NCBI GenBank assembly: GCA_973895155.1
Contig: OZ316891.1
Span: forward strand, 12,770,771-12,834,770
Direction: 5' to 3'
DNA: 64,000 nt
DNA from: Marsupella aquatica
Lineage: Eukaryota; Plantae; Marchantiophyta
How positions within the stretch are numbered: the first letter of the stretch is position 1; each line of letters opens with the position of its first letter. This document shows positions 51,601 to 64,000 of this stretch, one piece after another. Position numbers and translations under genes: made by a program. Under the pieces are notes generated by a model. That model worked only from the letters and a program-made list of their open reading frames with translations, had not been told where the DNA came from and made no database searches.

Positions 51601-53599
51601 TTAGCATTTCCAAACTCCTCCTTAGAACGAATTGAGAGGATCTAAGGGAGACTCCTCCTTTAGAACGAATTGAGAGGATCGAGGGGAGGGCCGATAATAT
51701 TATGGGCTTTAAGCATTTCCAAACTCCTTCAAGGTCGTGAGCCAGGGGAAGAAGCTGCTTCGTGATTTCATAGATTTTGAGCTCGATTGAGAGGTTTGAA
51801 GAAGAAGGTCGATAGCATTATCGATATCAACTTTCCGGATACTTTTTCAGGCCGTCTGTTGGGGGAACGAAGCTCGGCTCTCGGTTCTTGGAGCTCGATT
51901 GAGAGGAGGAGAGTCAGGTTTCCCTCTAAACGATTTGACAGGTTCTAGGGGAGGGCCGATAATATTATCTGCTTTTAGCATCTTGATCTCCTTTCAAGTC
52001 ACGAGAGTGGGAATGACGTTACAACGATTCGACAGGTTCCAGGGGGAGCCGATAATTCCCGATCTTCTCTCAAGAGACTTTCAAAATCTCCAATTCGTCT
52101 TTCCGTCACCAGTATCTACCATCTGCTCTGTATGTCTGCGACAACACGATTTATGATCATTCGCTGGAATCTGATTACCCTGCATTGTGGGCGCTTGTAG
52201 CCCTCCACACTGCTCCATTGCTCGCCAGCAAGCTCCTTCTCTGTTCTGCCCTTCGATAAAGTTCACTAAACCATTTGCCTACCCATCCCAAAAAGCTGTA
52301 CACCGGCATGCTTCAACACTTCATCATCTGTACTGCAAATCCGTTCCCAACTCCGATCGGCCTAAGGTGGTGTCTAACCTTGTCTTGTGGATTCATTTTT
52401 TGAACAGTGCTTGCAGGGTTCTTAATGTGAGCTCGTCTGGCCATCACCTTCTATCAGCCAATTTGAGGTTGCAACCCTCATACAGATCTGTTGCCACACA
52501 TTCCCCAATTTGCCACAATAGTAACTTGGAAAGGAGTGACAATCTCTTCTGAATCCCTAGCTGCTTTCTACCTCATTTTCTGGACTTTAGACGTCTCTAA
52601 AATTCTACCAAAATTATTGTATTTCTCGCTACAATTTCTCTCCGCCTTCAATTACTCATTTATCCTGGCTCAATTTACTTAGCTCACACCCTACCCACTG
52701 TCTGCGTGCCGTCACACCCCAACCTCGCTATCGTAACTGTCCTAAGGTTGTTTTAACAGACTTGCAAAAGAGATGAATAACATTGAGACCCTGGTACATC
52801 AAGTATGCTCTGAGATGAGAATCAGAGAGTTAGAAGTCACTAGTATAACTAGAAACCAAGGGAGTACGAAAGGCAATTATTTTGTTGTTTCGACGATGTG
52901 TCTTCAACTAGAAATCAAGGAAGGAGGATTGATCAAGTGACGACTCAAGTAAAAAAAACTACTATGAGATTGTACTGTATATCTAAGAAAAGACCTAGAA
53001 TCACTTGGGGGCTTACTCGTAGCCTAGGGGATTACATATCATTACCCCATCTTGGGGATGGGTTACCCTACACTAAACTTTGTTCTTAAGTCATGCCTTT
53101 TGGGCAGACACTCAAATATGTTTGCCTTGGCAAGAAGGAAAAAGGAGTTATAAAACCCCTCCCGTGAGCTCATGTAGGATCGCCTACAGTGAGCGCTGAT
53201 GACGAGGGCTCTCTGTGGGAATCATACTCCTAGAAGATGTGTTAGATGTTCTCAAAAGTGATTTTTGGGGATCTTTGACTGAGGGTGTTGGTTTATTTAA
53301 TACATGTACCCTCATTATGAGTCTTACTTTATATTTTCATCAAATATCGGCCATAGTCCCCTAGCCAACCTGGCCTCAAGGTTACCTGTTTTGAACCTCT
53401 TCGCTAACTGGCACAGACCAAGGCAGTGACTCCTCCCAAGTAAAGTTTTTCAAAGACTCACGAGGAGGGTTGACACTTATTAACCCATGTGTTGTGGGCT
53501 CTTACCCCCTTGGACTCCATCGAGCAGCCTAAGAATATCGAGTGAGAAGATTCAGTTGTAGAACCAGGTATGAATCGACTGCATACTTTTGCTTGAATG

Positions 53600-54400
53600 T
53601 AAGGGTCTGGGAGCCTGGAAACAGAAATACCTTGAATGATTCTGTGTTACTGGGCACAAAAGGGCATTGGTGGAAGAGCTTTCAATTACAAGTAAAAGAA
53701 AGAGAAAGATTAAAGTAGGAGGAAACGGACAGCCTTGACTAATTTATTAAGAAATTACGTATGCAAGGCCCCTGCATTCGTTCAGTAAAACTTGATGCTC
53801 CCAGAGTGATAGCACCAACAGAGTTGTCAGAAATCGCCTTAAATCCAAGGTGTGCCAAAAGACCATAACGAGGCTCCTAGTCTATTAAGTCAAAAACTTG
53901 TTCAGGTCCAAGAGAATAGCCAGTATGTATTCTTGTTGGAAATGGTAAATGATTTCATTTCAAAGGAAACCAAATGATGGCTAGATCTGAAAGATACAAA
54001 AGATAGTTCAGGAGATCTATCTTTGGACTACAGGAAGAAGTTGCCTGAGCCAAAGTTTGGTAAAAAAAATTGGATAAAAAAATTTAAAAGTATTCAGCAG
54101 AACTAGACCTCGTCCTTGTGCATACGAAATCGTTTCCTACTTGAATGAGCTGCACACTGTCTCCCTGAAGGATATGAGAAGAAAATCACCGTGTTTCCAG
54201 AGGTTGTTGATAAGACTTTTGGGAGAAGAGGGACCGAAAGATCCAAATATATATATAAAACTCGTGCCATCAAGACCAGGCATATTCTTGTGAGGCATAC
54301 TGCGGATAGCACTGAGCACTTCTCCTTCAAAACTTCAGGCCAATTGAATTGCTGCTTGTTTCGAGCGAGCTGGGTGATTATAACGTCGTCAGTTTAGCGA
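53600..54400 (-). mobile_element. Degenerate L1/Tx1-type LINE reverse-transcriptase fragment
   Basis: EGEVLSAIRSMPHKNMPGLDG (cf. ..AI..M...K.PG.DG), then LAILLDLNK (cf. lklDfeKAyD) and ISQGCPFPP (cf. RQGCPLSP) in the correct order, with many stops and frameshifts. Confidence 0.65.
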
Positions 54401-54999
54401 TCTAGCTAAGAACTTGAGGGCAACGCAGCAAGCAAGTGGAGCATGGCTTACGTACCGCTTTTGAACTGGGCTCGTGAGACTGCAAAAAGGTCTTTCAAAG
54501 TAAACTCCTGTGAGGGATCTACATCTGTCAATGCTAGTAACTGAAGTGAACTACTGCAATTATGCTAATTTCCACAAGCCAAAGGAACGAAATGAACAAG
54601 TTTCAAAGTATAAAACCCGAATCACTTCCATCGTGTAGCCAGTTGTCTGCTCTTGACGGGTTCTGATGCGAAGGACTAATGATAGAAAAAACAATTGCCA
54701 AACATTGGTGAGCCAAGATTGCGAATGAAGAAAACACAAATAGTTCATGCAAAACCTCAAGAGTACAAAACCTTTTTCTGAATCGGCTCTACGAGAACAC
54801 CTTTACAACAACATCCTTCCTAAGCCTGAGAAATCAGAATTTTGTCTTGTTTTTATGGCTTCGGGAAGAGGGAACAAATAATTTCACTATTAATCACATC
54901 CATGACTGGAAGATGATAAGAAGACAGTGCATGTATTAACTGCTACAGAGTACTACGGTTAATCTTGCACTTTGCAGATACTGTTTCGAACTACCAGTG

Positions 55000-57201
55000 C
55001 AAATAGAGAGACTTTGCTGGAAATGGACGGGAGTGACTGTCCAGTGCATTATACTAAGTATAGCGCTTGATGAGGATCACATCATCAAGATTCTGCAAGT
55101 AGGCAAGAAGCAGCTGAGAACCAACCAAAATGCAAGAAACAAGATATATTGAACTGCATCCTATAGCTACGAGAACTATATACGATTTGTGAAATAAAAC
55201 GCATTATTATACTTGAGAGATTTGTAAGCAGAAACCACTTGTCAGGCACTGTTGAACAGGACCAGAGTGTTCACCAGGGAAGACTAGAGTCCAGCAACGA
55301 CCCTTGATGTAGCACATGGAATTCAGAAAATGCTGCTGCAATAAGGATAAGCGATATGAATAATTTAAATGAAATTAGTTTTACTGTCCGCAGTATTATA
55401 ATCACCAGCCATCATAGCGCAAGCAGCATTTGCAACAAATCTGCGGAACATACAATCTGCTTGTTCAAAGAAAGTCATCAGCAGGTACATACCCCACAAA
55501 GAAAGGCAGCCGAAACTCACCGCCAATAGTGTTGCCAGCTATAAAGACAGGTCACCAGCGAACTTCAATCATTAATTCTTCGAGTAATTTCCCCAAAACC
55601 AAATGTGTATAAGTAATTGAAGGTTTCTCTGGTTGCCCAAATCAAGCATCTTCAGCGCAAACGTAAGATGCCCAGGTTAATACTCATGATTGGTCACTCC
55701 AATGCTGCGAAAGGCTCCCAGACATGTATAAAAACCGATTGTGGCCCTGACGTTCTAGCAAGGGCGTACTGTAGTGCCCAAAAAGTAATCAACACAAGTT
55801 CAGTTGTAGGAATGGCAAGTTATTATCATCTCAAACCCATGCTTCCGTGAAGGGCACTGACGGCCAGAAAGAATACTAATAGCAGTAGATAATGACCAGA
55901 ATTGTATGCAAGGAATCCAACAGTGCAGTTATCCAGGGCACCCTACTGGAAATCATTGGGATCTCATTCAAGAGTAAGAAATCTACAGAATTGAGGAAAG
56001 GGCATCACATGATGACTTTTGGGTTAACCTGATGAGAAGTACTAGTCCTATCCACCGCCAGGTCCCCACTTGAAAACCCCTTTTCTCTATCTTCCTCACG
56101 ACCTTTCAAAGCAAGCAGCTGATGCCACCGTTGTTGAACCCGCAAACAAGCAGAACGTCGAGGAATAAAAATAAAAATAAAAGTTCAACTGCGTTTGCTG
56201 GAAGAGTTATAGAGAAAAGTGAATAACGAAAGTCACTTTTCCCCACCAAAGATGTTGCGCAAAGCAGTCAACTACTCTCCTTCCAAACACTATAAATGAG
56301 ACTTCAAGGCATTAAAGTCAACAATCCACTCGAAGAGTTCACGTTGCACTCCAAAAGCACAAACTCATCTACTAAAACTAGACTATACGCATTCATCATC
56401 CCGAGTCCACATACCTCAATCGCAGCTGCAGTAATCGAAGAAAATCCGAAAGGAGAAAACCATCTGGCCACCACCTCTTGCCTTCACGTAATCCGTTGCT
56501 TCCTCGTAAATTGGTCCCAGAGAAAGAGTGCCTCGACCCAAGGCATTTGCCAGAATTTCTCTAAAGGAGACCCTAGGTCGCCTTTCCAGGCGCACAATTG
56601 CTCGTACACGTCGCAACGGTTTCTAATAAATCCGCAAGAAGGGACCACGGGTAAGAAGCAACAAAGGATGACAAAGTTATGATTCGGATTGTTAAAGTGA
56701 GCCAGATTTGAAAGATACCAAGTGAACAAAATCAAGGATTGCAGAAATCGAAAAATCATTCTCATCTGCTGTGTAACGATACCATGCACATTCTGCCTAC
56801 AAGTTATCTCAAATAAGTTGATGCACATTCTGCGTACAGCGACGAGAAGGAAGCCGAAAGTTCCCAGAAGGTCACCCACTTTTGCCAATTGTACCCTCCA
56901 ATTATTCTAGAAACGTCAAATGTCCGTTCAAACTGTTCAAGGCTCCAGTGGCGCCACTTTCCAGTAGGTAACCTTTCAGTAGGTAACCTTTTCGATTGTC
57001 CTCGCTGAAAATAGGACCATAATCTTTCGTCTTTCTCTCATGAACTTGATATGGACTCGCCAATATGTATTTGTTCTGCCGGCTGCAAGATCTTTCAGAG
57101 CTCCATCCGAAGGTATCTGAGCTGTTGTGTTTGACAACTTTTCCACTGTTTGGCCTTCTTACTCCCAAAAGTACCTTATCATCTAGTTCTTGGGCTCCCA
57201 T
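55000..57201 (-). pseudogene. Probable decayed multi-exon membrane-protein gene
   Basis: Exon-like blocks, several bounded by GT/AG, encode hydrophobic segments (WRWIGLVLLIR|VPWITALLDSLHTILVIIYCY*YSFW; FVANAACAMMAGDIIL; SIYLVSCILVGSQLLLAYL), interrupted by in-frame stops and frameshifts. Confidence 0.35.
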
Positions 57202-58388
57202 GAGTTTTCCCCAGCCAGGTGTCTATAAATATCACCCCACGAAACTGTGTGCGAGGACTGCAGGGGTGTAAGTATATCGTACACTGGCCAACAACAATAG
57301 TACCGTCTCGTGCAATAGAGTTGAACTTGTGAATGTGAGAAGGTTTTGGTTCGGTGGGGAACATATATAGAGGATATGTACTAACCAGAAAGGACAACCA
57401 CGGAAGAGAAAAGAGACTGTAGACTGTTTTAGTCGAGGGAGGTAAATTTCGAACTCCCTCGTCTTCCTTGTTTCCTCGTCAGTGGAAGGAGAAACTCTCC
57501 GGATATATTCGATCCTACGGCACCCTACAGAAGAAGTTTTATCACTTTTTAAGGAGAGCAGGTATCCGAGCGCAGCTTTGAACTTGATGAGCTCTGAATT
57601 CTGTTTCTTGGGTGCACTATTTGTTCATTCCCCATACGAAATGGAAGTGTAGTTGTCGATTGGTGGGGTGTCTTTTTGACTGCAGTATGTGTGTTCTTCG
57701 TTCCTTATTTACAGAGGAAGGAATGTTGTCAATCAGTGACCTGATCTGGGAAATGCATTTCGAGGTGTAGAAGACTACTACTCAGGGAGGATTCAAGGGC
57801 TTGAGCATTTGACTGTGAGGATGAGATTGGTTGGAAGCTTCTTTCACATGTTAATTTTATTTCTTCTGATGTCGGAAAAAGGCAATGCCCTCAAAAAGAC
57901 AAATGGAATCTGGGGTTCTGAGACCAGATCTAAAATGAATAAAACGGGCTATCTCCAGACAACAAACTCCAGTGAGAATCTCCACGGGCACCATGCAATG
58001 GTCCCAATTAGTCTAAACTAATGCACCCCAAAAATTCTGGAACAAATTTGATACTCCATCAGCAATGGCGTAGTGGCTTGCTGGGAGTGGGGACCAGCAC
58101 GGCATAGTGGGCCTTTGACTGTTGGATTGGCAGTCATTTCCAGTCACATCAAAGGCACTGGCAAAACTGGCAAATGCTACATGAAAAGAAAAGCGTCGAC
58201 TGGCTGGTCACTCTATGAAGATTGCCTGAAAGTGTGAAGACTTGGGGAATCCTCGATGTCGCATAGTGGTTTCTATCATCACCCAAGCATATGTCCCGTG
58301 CACAATTCCTATCTTTCGAGCACAACGAGTCATAGTTTTATCTGACACGTCTGGGGCAGAAATTTCAAACAACTGTCTTGCAGAAAAT

Positions 58389-58542
58389 AGATGTATGTGG
58401 ACCCCCAAAATGAAAAATGTTACTTGATAGGACCTCCGAGTGATCCATATCGTTGATAGACCTTAAATGAACGTGCGCAAAGCCTCATGGGGTTGGCTGG
58501 GAAGAAAATTTTACTTTTGGGGGTCCATCAAGCAAATACCTC
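58389..58542. mobile_element. Second copy of the Mutator-like MITE family at 22960-23139
   Basis: The right end read as reverse complement, GAGGTATTTGCTTGATGGACCCCCAAAA, is nearly identical to 22961-22988. Flanks gcagaaaat / gcagaatta are a degenerate 9-bp TSD. Confidence 0.65.
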
Positions 58543-61500
58543 GCAGAATTACGGGAAATCAAGAATTTTCAATCAGACCTGGCTCAGATTTTGGAGTAAC
58601 TACAGTACGAAATAAATCAACTCTCCACTAGAAATTTGAGAAGCTACAAATGCAGACAAAGGAGGTGCAGAAATTACAATTATTACAAAAGATCCTATCA
58701 GCTGTCGTACTCACACTGTCACCACTTAACCCAAACAAAATGCTCTCTATAGGGAGCTCAGAAGGCGACGCACTCTTAGAAGCAGGGAAAACAAAATTGC
58801 CGAAACAGGACCTACAAAGTACAGCCAAAAACACCGGGGACAAGCCCAGAGAAGCACTATGAGTAGAAATTTCAACATAAAGATGTGAGCAAATGGAAGG
58901 ACCCTCAGAAATTTCAGTCAGTGAGTGTTTTTCAATCTAAAGTCATGTAGAGCTTTAACGCATGTAAAGGTCCAAGTGGAGAACCTACAATCTGAAACCG
59001 TGCGAATATGGAAGGAACTGAAGAAATTTCAATCCGTAAATGTTTTCAATTAAAAGTCATGTAGAAACTCAATCTCATGCGCAATCTCATTCACTGCAGA
59101 AATGTTCAGATTGTAAGGCACTAATAAACTGACGCTGGACTCTTGAACATACAATTCTTGATAGCATGATCGTGTCGGACCCACAATTGTTGTCAATGTT
59201 TGAAGCAATGAAATTAGATCGCCTTCGATAGCAATCAAGTTTGATTGTTCCCACCCAGCTATAGGCAGTGGTGGATATATCGTTGATTGGCTTCATAGTT
59301 GAAGCTCAATTGCAGCTTTAATTACTACTGTACCCCACCCAGCCCCTTCAGTATAATGCTTGGGTTCTGATCTCTTGTCGAGGTCATCCACTTTCTTGTG
59401 AGCTGTGCTGAGCACAATAGACAGGACAGGTGGGCCAAGAGGGAAAGCTTTATTCGTGGCCGGTAATTGAGCGCGGCAGTACAGGACAATATGGCTGGCC
59501 ATTAACTTTTACTTTCAATGTATTTTATCTATCTGTCTAGAATCTGAAGCATGGATTGACCGAGGCATTGTCCCTGTCCATCCCCATGTACTGCGTAAAG
59601 TGATCCTTATTTTTACATCAAATAGATAAAAGAACCTGTCACGGATAGCAGTTAACAACTCTGTCTACCATATGTGGAGAAAAAATAAAACCCCAATTCA
59701 GTGTAATGGCCCACCAATGTTGCTAGAGAAAAATGGAACTTATTTGGCTTGAAGCTCCAATCTCAACTTAATTGAAAGCAAACACAATGGATCAATGAGC
59801 AGAAGGTGTGATTGACAACATTTGTGCCACTCCATTGCTCATGTCATAGATTTGAGCCCGCCATTTACAAAAATTGTCAAGTAGTCTCAAACTTCACAAG
59901 TGCATAGCAGATTTTCAAAATGTTCGTGACTTCTTGAGACTTACTCTACAGGGTTGTCAAAGTTGGCAAATGTTAGCGGCATAAACCTTACCTTTGAACT
60001 TGGCAGATTGGGTTGATTTATTTGAAGAACGTTTGGATCTCCATTTAAGCTGACAGCTTTCCAGCATGGTCTCTGATGTCCAGTCCATTGCCTCACAAAG
60101 TTTGAGACTTTTTTCATTGAATGGAAAGTTTGAGACTTTTTTGAAATCATTTGTTTCTATTCCGTTGAATACAACAATGGTCAAATGCTCTAAATCAAGA
60201 TTTCACTTTACACTTGGAGATTTGTATGTGGGTCAACTGAAAACGGGTGTTCCTGAGTAATGGCATGACGTCTTGACGTCTTTCAGGTTCAAGGTAGTCA
60301 AGTCATCAAGTTACCAAGGAGACGGGTTAGGTAATGTAATTGAAATCGGTTGCAAATGGTTAGGAGACCATTTACAGGTTGCATTTCAATCAAAAGTGTA
60401 AACAATGTTATCTGAGTCAATTTAAGTTTTCCAATCAAGTCCATCCAAGCTTTGTTAGTCCATTTGGGCTTCATAGACAGTGTGGAGATCCGTCAGGGGT
60501 CTAGTGTCATCTTTCTATCTAATCTAATCTAATCTAATCTAAGTTACTACACTAGAGTTACCTACTCTTTTTCACCCAGAGTCTCCATACAAAATGACAT
60601 TTGAACAAATCTAGGCTATAGGATTACCCTACCCATTCTCCCTGGCCCATGGGCTTTGGCAAAATGATCTTACTTGGCCCCTCTATGAACTAATAGAGTA
60701 GCCTTCCCTATCAAAAAAATTGCTCCATTGATTGACTCCCCATCCAAGGAATTGCCCGAAGTCACTGGGATCCACGTTCTTATCACTTCTAAATTTGACA
60801 CGGCTATATGGACAATAAACTATTCAATGTTTTGTCTTACTGAGAAATTTTGATTGATTTAAGTCATTAAAACAAGTGAGAATCTGTACTTTATTTGCAT
60901 TATTTTCAACACTTGTGCATTTGTACTTTTCCTGGTCATTGGTCATTATGTCACATGTATTTTTATTTGGCATGTGTTGTATTTTTCCCACTCAATCCTA
61001 TCAAATACTAAGCAATAGTCATTTACATGTCACTATAAGACAAAAAAAAATGAAGCATATTCCAGGATCAACCCTGCTATATCACAGGTATGCACCTTCC
61101 TTATCACTTCGTGTTCAACACTCTTCACTTTGATAATTCTTTCATGGATAACTAAATGGTTGCAACAACAAATGTGCAATGCACAGGCATTTGGGCTAGT
61201 TGATTACAATATAGCCCACACTTTGGGTGCCTTAAATGCTTATGGAGAGACCTTTTTAAAACCCAGACTCTGAACACATCCAAATGCTCTAGGTTTTCCA
61301 CCTAATCAACCCGTGAGTGGTATCGATAGTCCTTACTCCTAGGGAGGGGCATTCACCGGGGAAGATTGAAGTCAGATCTAGGATAGATCTGGGCAAGGGC
61401 AGCGGAGATCGTTAATGAGGCAGTAGAGGCATCCACAAGAGGATGAGATTGGGCATGTCACAATTTATGATAGAGCAAAAATGTTCCTTGACGGTGCATA

Positions 61501-61974
61501 GTGAATATTTAGAAGTGTAGGGGTGTGAGTTTTAATGAGGGCCAAGTGGGAAAGGCAATCCTCCCCATTGCCCATATTAAGACACTGATAACAATGAAAT
61601 AATACATTTAACTCTCTCATAAGTTTTACACTCTGTGTATTTATGGATCCCCATGGGAAATTCATTCCAAAATTCCTGGATGCATGTGCAACCACATCAA
61701 CATGATTTGTTACAAACAAGAACAGTTAGTTATGCAAGAAGAACTAAATTTGATTATTCGTGTTTGAGGCAAGGCAAAGAAAATAAATTAGACCATGTAA
61801 TTGTAAAAACAACAGAAAATTGAAAAGTAACATTTCAAGAACAAAGAAAAGGCTAAAATAGAGGTGAAAGAAAATAATATTTGGATGAGCTGTGATTGAT
61901 ATATCAATGTTTTCTGAAAATCTATTTCAATTTTCTGTTTAATTTAAACATTTTTGAAATAAAGACAAGTTGAA

Positions 61975-62172
61975 AGAAAATCTTCAACTACTCTAGCATT
62001 TACCAAGTTAATAGAAGAAACCCAAGAAACTTTTAAATTTCTCTAACATTTACCAAGGTAATTTAAGAAACCCTTTGGCTACTATGGATAGAATAAACCC
62101 AAGAAACTTTTAAACTTCTCTAACATTTACCAAGGTAATTTAAGAAACCCTTTGGCAACTATGGATAGAAGA
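61975..62172. repeat. ~71-bp tandem repeat
   Basis: aaacccaagaaacttttaaa.ttctctaacatttaccaaggtaatttaagaaaccctttggc.actatggatagaa occurs twice, plus a partial copy. Confidence 0.85.
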
Positions 62173-62449
62173 GTAACAAGTGAAGGTCAAAAACACCATA
62201 ATTACTATGGGTAGAGAAATACCAAGTGACTCTAAAACCTTTCAAATACTACTAGAGAGAATAATATTTTGTATGAACTATATGGTATGTCACATATATA
62301 ATATAGACATGGAAGTACTAAGGGAAAAGTTTTGCATGGAGAATTACCCTAGAATGTATTCCTATTTGTCTTCCATGAAATTGTCCTAACTATCTTTAAA
62401 ATTCATTTTATTTAGATTCCTCCATTTAATCTTTGTACTCTCATCCATC

Positions 62450-64000
62450 TATTCCCCCCTGAGGATCCTCAGTTTGGTTTTCCAGTTTTCTTCTCCTTTT
62501 GCCAATGTATTGTAGCCGGTCGTTTGCCTCCTCCCGTCTCTCGGCTCTTGAGTGCTTCTCGTTTATTGGCCATGGCTAAGTCTTCACCGGGTGTTCGGCC
62601 AATTGCTATTGGGGAGGTTTTTCTTTGGCTTGTGTCTCGCACACTTTCCTCGCAGTTTCGCTCTGCACTATCGGATCATCTCTCTCCACATCAGTTTGCA
62701 GTTGGCGTTCCTGGCGGTTGTGAGACAGTTATTGCGGGTATTCGAGCTACCTTGGACCTCCACCCTGATTGGGTTGTCCTCCAGGTTGATGTCTCTAACG
62801 CTTTTAATACGGTTTCTTGGGCAGCCATTTTTCATGCTTTGAGGGCGGCGGATCCAGACATCCAGTCCCTGATCCCCTTTGTCCGTTGTTTTTATGGACT
62901 CGAGGCCCCACTCTTCTATAGTCATCACTCCTCTACAGGTGTGTATACCACTCTTTCCTCTGTAGAAGGTACTCGTCAGGGTGACCCTTTGGGTGGGCCT
63001 CTTTTTGCCATTGCCCATTTTACAACTTTACGGAAAGCCGCCATGGCCCACCCCCAGTGTATCTTCCCCCCCTTTCAGATGACACCCACATCATTGGTCC
63101 TCCTGCCGCGGTTACTTCTGCCCTCGCCACTCTTTCCACCCATTTGATGGGCCTCGGTTTACGAGTTCAGCCTGTGAAGAGTCGTGCATGGAGTCTAGCT
63201 GGGTTACCCTCTGATCTTGCGCTTCCCCCAGGGTTCTTACGTCCAGCCGATGGTCTTCGGGTCCTTGGCTCCCCAGTCGGTACCGCCTCCTTTTGCTCCT
63301 CTTTCATCGTTGACTCTCTACAGGTTGCCTTAGCCTCTACTCCTATGCTCCCTAAGTTAGCAGATTCTCAGGCAGCATTTGGGATGTTGTTGAGGTGCAT
63401 CCACCCTCGTGCATCTTATCTGGCTAGGACGCATCCCCCTACCGAGGATCTTTGTCTCCACCTTCGAGCATTTGATGTCTCCATTCATCAGACCCTGGCC
63501 TCTCTTTTGGGGCCGGGTACGTTGCTCTCATCTCCGTGGCTTCATCGACAACTCAGTCTTCCTATTTTGCAGGGTGGTTTTGGGCTTACTTCCATTAAGA
63601 GCCTTGCACTTTTGGCCTTTTTGGGTGCGTGGGCGGCCACCTTCTCATTGTTGGCCGATCGTTTTCTTATTGAGAATCGCCCTTTTTTACTTTCATCTCT
63701 CATGGAGGTAGAGGAGGGTTCCCTCCCGTTTCAGGTTCATTTGCGTGCAGCGCGGTCCTCATTACCAGATCCCATTCGCGCCGCGTTACCTTCTTTTCAG
63801 GAGTTTTTATCCTTGGATCCCGTTCGTCTTCAGGCAGACCTCCCTGGGCGTATGCACACTTTCACCCTTTCCAGCATCCTCTCCGAGGCACCTGACACGG
63901 ACCGAGCTTGGATTCTTTCTTCCGGAGGGAAGGGCGCAGGTGGATGGCTTCAGGCCAATCCAGTCATTCCTCATTTGCGGATATCTTCAACGGAGTTCTC
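62450..64000 (+). mobile_element. CRE-like non-LTR retrotransposon, 5'-truncated, RT frameshifted; continues past the window
   Basis: RT motifs AKSSPGVRPIAIGE, HQFAVGVPGGCE, DVSNAFN, GTRQGDPLGGPLF; a 1-nt frameshift at F(A)DDTHIIG; then LRVLGSPVG, LSLPILQGGFGL and GAGGWL in a frame open to the window end. Confidence 0.88.

Noticed and set aside
56484-56486. In-frame TGA as selenocysteine or programmed readthrough
   Set aside because: Land plants lack Sec machinery, and neighbouring blocks also carry TAG stops and frameshifts, consistent with decay.

Overview
Eukaryotic nuclear DNA from a land plant. The gene content, intron style and CRE-type LINE suggest a non-seed plant such as a liverwort or moss, but that is an inference. 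Genes are spliced, so the ORF track alone is misleading; I rebuilt exon chains by hand from splice sites and reading phase. Well-supported genes: an OTU-like cysteine protease (-, 3 exons, 323 aa), ribosomal protein S27 (-, 4 exons, 86 aa), ARPC4 (+, 8 exons, 169 aa), an intronless VQ-motif protein (+, 322 aa) and casein kinase II beta (-, 5 exons, 296 aa), whose last intron is minor-spliceosome (U12) type. Also present: the 3' end of an unknown CDS at the left edge, an unrecognised protein with two kinds of internal helical repeat and a C-terminal hydrophobic segment (+, 18.4-21.9 kb), and a probably decayed membrane-protein gene (-, 55-57 kb). Intergenic DNA carries a solo LTR with a perfect TSD, Tourist-like and Mutator-like MITEs, an L1-like RT relic, a 5'-truncated frameshifted CRE-like LINE at the right edge, tRNA-like SINE heads and many local tandem duplications. 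I found no CRISPR array, rRNA gene or intact tRNA gene, and no unambiguous new multi-gene system. The best leads are the repeat protein, the OTU-like enzyme and the possibly fungal-type membrane pseudogene.
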